A DNA stretch of 64,000 nt from an uncultured Bacteroidales bacterium (GTDB lineage: Bacteria > Bacteroidota > Bacteroidia > Bacteroidales > Bacteroidaceae): positions 12,478 through 76,477 of the forward strand of contig CACYHW010000004.1 of assembly GCA_902774335.1 (NCBI GenBank), in the 5' to 3' direction. Below the pieces are notes generated by a model. The model was not told the origin of the DNA. It made no database searches and was given only the letters and a program-made list of their open reading frames with translations. Below, one piece after another: positions 59,174 through 64,000 of this stretch. Position numbers and translations under genes: made by a program. The first letter of the stretch is position 1; every line of letters begins with the position of its first letter.

Positions 59174-60478
59174 ATGACGGTTGAGGATATATACGGCAGG
59201 CTGAAACAGTGTACCGGCGTTACTACGGACAGCCGTAAGTGCGGCCCGGGACTCATGTTCTTTGCGCTCAAGGGTGAGCGTTTTGACGGAAACGAGTTTG
59301 TTCGCGGAGCCTTGGAACAGGGTTGCCCGTTCGCGGTAATGGACAATGCCGCCCTGTATGACAAGGACGATTCCCGCATGATACTGGTGGACAACGTGCT
59401 CTCCACGCTGCAGCAGGTGGCTGCATACCACAGGCGTGCACTTGGCACTACCGTAATAGGTATTACCGGAACCAACGGAAAAACTACCACCAAGGAACTT
59501 ACCGCCGCTGTGATGTCTACCACCTATAATATCCTCTATACCCAGGGAAACCTGAACAATTCCATCGGCGTGCCTCTGACTGTTCTGGGACTCAATGCCC
59601 GGCATGATTATGCCATCGTGGAGATGGGTGCCAGCCACCCGGGCGACATAAAGGAGCTGGTGGAGGTAAGTCAGCCCGACTTTGGTCTGATAACCAATGT
59701 GGGAAAGGCCCATCTTCTGGGATTCGGATCCTTTGAGGGTGTTAAGCGTACAAAGGGTGAGCTTTATGACTGGCTGCGTGAGCATGGCGGCACGGCATTT
59801 GTGAACCGTGACAATGAGCACCTGCAGCAGATGTGTGCCGGACTGCCGCTCATAGAGTATGGAAAACCCGGTCAGGACGGGCTGTCTGTTGAGGGCGAGG
59901 TGCTGGAGTGCAATCCGTTTGTCAAGTTCCGCTGGCGCACTGCCGGGGGACCATGGCATACCGTTCAGACCAGCCTTATAGGCGCATACAACGTGGATAA
60001 CGCACTTGCCGCCATTACCATCGGCCTTAAGTTCGGAGTGTCTGAGGAGAATGCGTCGCAGGCTGTTGCAGGTTACAAGCCTCAGAACAACCGCTCGCAG
60101 CTGACCCAAACCGGACGCAACAGCCTGGTGGTGGACGCATACAATGCCAACCCCACGAGCATGGCTGCCGCAATCGAGAATTTCGATATGATAAAGGCTC
60201 AGGACAAGATGCTTATCCTGGGCGATATGAGAGAGCTTGGCCAGGTATCGGCCGATGAGCACCGCCGTATTGTGGATATGCTCAAGCAGAAGGGATTTGA
60301 GACTGTGTGGCTTGTGGGCAGCGAGTTTGCCGCAGTGGCCGCCGACAGCGGATTCCGGCTGTTTGCCGATGTGGATCAGGTGAACAAGGCTCTTGAACAG
60401 GAAAAGATAAAAGGAAAGACAATCCTGATTAAGGGCTCCAACAGCATAGGATTAACTAAAACAATAACCAATTTATAA
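59174..60478 (+). CDS. murF: UDP-N-acetylmuramoyl-tripeptide--D-alanyl-D-alanine ligase
   Basis: 434 aa from the ATG at 59174 (MTVEDIYGRL...TTDSRK). P-loop [13 protein letters not shown]. Located outside the dcw cluster. Confidence 0.9.
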   Translation: MTVEDIYGRLKQCTGVTTDSRKCGPGLMFFALKGERFDGNEFVRGALEQGCPFAVMDNAALYDKDDSRMILVDNVLSTLQQVAAYHRRALGTTVIGITGTNGKTTTKELTAAVMSTTYNILYTQGNLNNSIGVPLTVLGLNARHDYAIVEMGASHPGDIKELVEVSQPDFGLITNVGKAHLLGFGSFEGVKRTKGELYDWLREHGGTAFVNRDNEHLQQMCAGLPLIEYGKPGQDGLSVEGEVLECNPFVKFRWRTAGGPWHTVQTSLIGAYNVDNALAAITIGLKFGVSEENASQAVAGYKPQNNRSQLTQTGRNSLVVDAYNANPTSMAAAIENFDMIKAQDKMLILGDMRELGQVSADEHRRIVDMLKQKGFETVWLVGSEFAAVAADSGFRLFADVDQVNKALEQEKIKGKTILIKGSNSIGLTKTITNL

Positions 60479-60480
60479 TT

Positions 60481-61149
60481 ATGAAAAAGATTTTTGCTCT
60501 TTTGGCATGCGTTTTTGTTTGCGGCGTAATGTCCGCACAGTTGAAGGTCTCCGTAATGGGTGACTCCTATTCTACATTTACCGGTTCCATGCCAAAGTAC
60601 TACGACACATTCTATCCCAACCAGTTCTGCGGTGTAACAGAGCAGAGCCAGCAGTGGTGGGCTCAGGTAATCGAAAAGAACGGATGGGTACTTGAAAAGA
60701 ACGATTCATGGTCGGGCAGTACCGTATGCTGCCGCGGCTACAACCACGATGACTATTCAGACCGCGCTTTCGTGACCCGTCTGAACTGCATCGGTGCTCC
60801 CGATATCCTGTTCATTTTCGGCGGAACGAACGACGACTGGACACATGAGCCTTTCGGCGACTACAAGTATGCCGACTGGACCAAGGAGGACCTCTATTTC
60901 TACCGTCCGGCTTTTGCATATCTGCTGGCCAACCTGCAGAAACTCTATCCCAAAATGAAGATCTACTCTCTGCTCAATGACGGTATGTCAGAGAACCTGG
61001 GTGAGTCAATGCGTGAGATATGCAAGCACTACGGAGTACCCGTAATTGCAGTGGAAGGTATCGAGAAGCGTATGAATCACCCTACAGCTGCCGGTATGAC
61101 CAAGATTGCCGAGCAGGTTCAGGCCTTCCTGGATTCAGAGAAGAAGTGA
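60481..61149 (+). CDS. Secreted SGNH/GDSL-family hydrolase
   Basis: Signal peptide. Block I VMGDSYS (GDS), and a later GGTNDD block. Confidence 0.75.
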   Translation: MKKIFALLACVFVCGVMSAQLKVSVMGDSYSTFTGSMPKYYDTFYPNQFCGVTEQSQQWWAQVIEKNGWVLEKNDSWSGSTVCCRGYNHDDYSDRAFVTRLNCIGAPDILFIFGGTNDDWTHEPFGDYKYADWTKEDLYFYRPAFAYLLANLQKLYPKMKIYSLLNDGMSENLGESMREICKHYGVPVIAVEGIEKRMNHPTAAGMTKIAEQVQAFLDSEKK

Positions 61150-61150
61150 T

Positions 61151-61921
61151 ATGACCAAGATAATGGGAATAGTAAACGTGACCCCTGACTCCTTCTGGAG
61201 CGGGTCGCGTCTGCAGGATAAAGAGGAACTGTTGCAGTGGGTACGCAGAATTCTATCCCAAGGTGCTGACGTATTGGACGTAGGAGGTTGTTCCACCCGT
61301 CCCGACAGTCCCCAGGCCACCGAGCAGGAGGAGATGTCGCGCTTGGAGTGGGGTCTGACCGCCATAAGGGAGGAGTTTCGCCAGGTGCCCGTATCGGTGG
61401 ATACATACCGTCCGCGTATTGCCCACCGTTGCGTAAAGGAGTGGAACGTAAGCATCATCAACGATGTGTACGGCGGTAACTCCGATATGTATGACGTGGT
61501 GGCAGAAACCGGCGCCCAATATGTACTTACATGGGCTGAGAAGGTTGTTCAGGACCCTGTTGCGGAGATGAACGCCTTCTTCAGGGAGAGGCTCCGGATG
61601 ATGGAGCAGGCAGGTGTCGATGTGGTTCACAAGGTGATCCTGGATCCGGGTTTCGGGTTCGGCAAGAAACTTGAGGACAACTACACGGTGCTTGCGCATA
61701 TGGATACGCTCGGTGAGTTCGGACTGCCTGTGCTGGCCGGAATGTCACGCAAATCCATGGCTTACCGCCTGCTTGGTCTTACTCCCGCCGATGTACTTCC
61801 CGCCACCATAGTGCTTGACACGGTGGCTGTTCAGAAGGGCGCAAGTTGGCTCAGAGTCCACGATGTGGAGGAGGCAGCCCAGACCCTGAAGATCCTGAAA
61901 GCGTTAGAAGACAATAAATAA
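61151..61921 (+). CDS. folP: Dihydropteroate synthase
   Basis: 256 aa from the ATG at 61151 (MTKIMGIVNVTPDSFWSG...). DVGGCSTRP and DPGFGFGK motifs. Confidence 0.9.
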   Translation: MTKIMGIVNVTPDSFWSGSRLQDKEELLQWVRRILSQGADVLDVGGCSTRPDSPQATEQEEMSRLEWGLTAIREEFRQVPVSVDTYRPRIAHRCVKEWNVSIINDVYGGNSDMYDVVAETGAQYVLTWAEKVVQDPVAEMNAFFRERLRMMEQAGVDVVHKVILDPGFGFGKKLEDNYTVLAHMDTLGEFGLPVLAGMSRKSMAYRLLGLTPADVLPATIVLDTVAVQKGASWLRVHDVEEAAQTLKILKALEDNK

Positions 61922-61927
61922 AAGCTT

Positions 61928-62704
61928 ATGTTTGACTATTTTGTTTCATTCGGTATCAAGGACATAATAGACGTGCTGAGCGTCTCGCTGCTCCTGTTCT
62001 ATCTCTACAAACTGATGAAGAGAACGGGATCGCTCAATATGTTCATTGGCATCCTTGTGTTCATTTTCGTGTGGATGATAGTGTCACAGGTTCTCAAGAT
62101 GCAGTTGCTGGGTGCCGTGATGGACAAGTTGGTCGACGTGGGCGTTATTGCCATCATTGTGCTCTTTGCCGATGACATACGTCACTTTTTCCGTGACATC
62201 GGCACCTCGACACGCACCAGGAAACTGTTCCACTGGCTTACCCGCCGCCGTCATGTGGACGGTGACCTGAGCAAGTGGGATCCCATTGTCAAGGCCTGCG
62301 AGAGCATGAGCCACCGCAAGGAGGGAGCCTTGATTGTGATAGGCCAGAACGATGAGCTTCACGACGTGATTGAGAGCGGCGAGGAGGTGAATGCCAACAT
62401 CAACCAGCTCCTGATAGAGAACATATTCTTCAAGAACAGTCCTCTGCATGACGGAGCCATGATTATTGTGGGCGACCGCATTGAATCGGCCTCCTGCATC
62501 CTGCCTCTGTCACAGTCCGAGGAGCTGCCCAAGGCATTCGGACTGCGTCACCGCTCGGCTATGGGTATTGCCGAGAAGACCAATGCCGTGGCAGTGGTGG
62601 TATCGGAAGAGACAGGAACCATATCGGTCTTCCATAAGGGATCGTTCCAGCGTGACCTGTCGGCAGTGAGTCTTGCCAGATATCTGGCAGACAATGTCAG
62701 ATAA
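61928..62704 (+). CDS. cdaA: Diadenylate cyclase CdaA (membrane-anchored DAC domain)
   Basis: Three N-terminal TM helices. DGA (LHDGAMII) and RHR (GLRHRSAMG) motifs of the DisA_N/DAC domain. Confidence 0.88.
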   Translation: MFDYFVSFGIKDIIDVLSVSLLLFYLYKLMKRTGSLNMFIGILVFIFVWMIVSQVLKMQLLGAVMDKLVDVGVIAIIVLFADDIRHFFRDIGTSTRTRKLFHWLTRRRHVDGDLSKWDPIVKACESMSHRKEGALIVIGQNDELHDVIESGEEVNANINQLLIENIFFKNSPLHDGAMIIVGDRIESASCILPLSQSEELPKAFGLRHRSAMGIAEKTNAVAVVVSEETGTISVFHKGSFQRDLSAVSLARYLADNVR

Positions 62705-62708
62705 AAAT

Positions 62709-62776
62709 AAAACATGTTGTGCCAAACTGTCAGTGAGGGTGTCATTATTCACCCGGCTGGCAGTTTGGCATGTTTT
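62709..62776 (+). terminator. Long imperfect hairpin after cdaA (terminator and/or groES upstream element)
   Basis: tgccaaactgtcag-[23 nt]-ctggcagtttggca (one mismatch), extended by aaaacatg/catgtttt. Confidence 0.45.
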
Positions 62777-62844
62777 ATGCACTCTCTCTTATGCCCGATA
62801 AGGGGCTTTGTGGTGAAATTCAAATAATTCAAAATTATAAAACT

Positions 62845-63120
62845 ATGAACATCAAACCGTTAGCAGACCGTGTTCTGATTCTTCCGGCAGCAGCCGAGGA
62901 GAAGACCATCGGGGGTATCATCATCCCTGATACAGCAAAGGAGAAACCCCTCAAGGGTGAGGTTATAGCCGTTGGTGGCGGCACCAAGGATGAGACAATG
63001 GTACTCAAAAAGGGTGACCAGGTACTCTATGGCAAGTACTCAGGCACAGAGCTTGAGGTTGAGGGAACCAAATATCTGATTATGCGTCAGAGCGATGTTC
63101 TGGCCGTTGTAGAAAAATAA
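62845..63120 (+). CDS. groES: Co-chaperonin GroES
   Basis: 91 aa from the ATG at 62845 ([12 protein letters not shown]...[13 protein letters not shown]...). Confidence 0.95.
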   Translation: MNIKPLADRVLILPAAAEEKTIGGIIIPDTAKEKPLKGEVIAVGGGTKDETMVLKKGDQVLYGKYSGTELEVEGTKYLIMRQSDVLAVVEK

Positions 63121-63123
63121 TAA

Positions 63124-64000
<877 letters not shown>

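Noticed and set aside
59150-60262. 370-aa minus-strand ORF antisense to murF
   Set aside because: Same shadow-ORF pattern. murF on the plus strand has the Mur-ligase P-loop and full-length similarity.

Overview
This is a 64-kb chromosomal window, almost certainly from a Bacteroidales (Bacteroidota) genome. The evidence is the protein families and gene order, recurrent Bacteroides-type TAnnTTTG -7 promoter boxes, and a dcw cluster that lacks murF, ddl and murB. Genus cannot be assigned without a database search. Almost all content is core housekeeping. In order: infB (3' part)-cvpA-sufBCDS; an orphan lipoprotein; gpmI; nhaA converging on a rubredoxin that is divergent from a flavodiiron (FprA-like) gene; and two convergent tRNA-Val genes bracketing small lipoprotein ORFs. 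Next come DUF3109-like and DUF456-like genes, a secreted alpha/beta hydrolase, a BlaI/BlaR1-like repressor/sensor-protease pair and a SulP transporter. The complete dcw cluster follows (mraZ-rsmH-ftsL-ftsI-murE-mraY-murD-ftsW-murG::murC-ftsQ-ftsA-ftsZ). After it come recO, tRNA-Glu-rpsT and gyrB. A four-gene operon of alternating XRE-cupin regulators and AMP-forming acyl-CoA ligases (the second ligase frameshifted) converges on a four-subunit 2-oxoacid:ferredoxin oxidoreductase. The window ends with an FKBP isomerase, glyQS, a parC-like gene, an envelope cluster (unknown protein, S41 peptidase, SppA), tRNA-Leu, a small beta-barrel OMP, murF-SGNH hydrolase-folP-cdaA, and groES-groEL (5' part). 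There are four tRNAs. I found no rRNA, CRISPR array, IS element, integrase or phage gene. I do not see a convincing novel multi-gene system such as a defence or mobile module. The most unusual signals are listed here. (1) murG and murC are fused in frame with no stop and no linker. (2) An intergenic repeat family made of inverted GARAATT heptamer arrays shares a conserved ~33-nt module, sits at gene 3' ends and supplies three genes' TGA stop codons. (3) A 32-bp perfect inverted repeat contains the 3' end of tRNA-Leu, and a tandemly duplicated ~79-bp unit carries a second antisense copy of that tRNA end. (4) The regulator/ligase tandem has a probable 3n+1 deletion in its second ligase. (5) Twin 19-bp palindromic operators lie in front of the BlaI/BlaR1 pair, and the sensor has a ~620-aa C-terminal domain I cannot assign. 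All functional calls come from reading the translations and motifs by eye. No searches were run.
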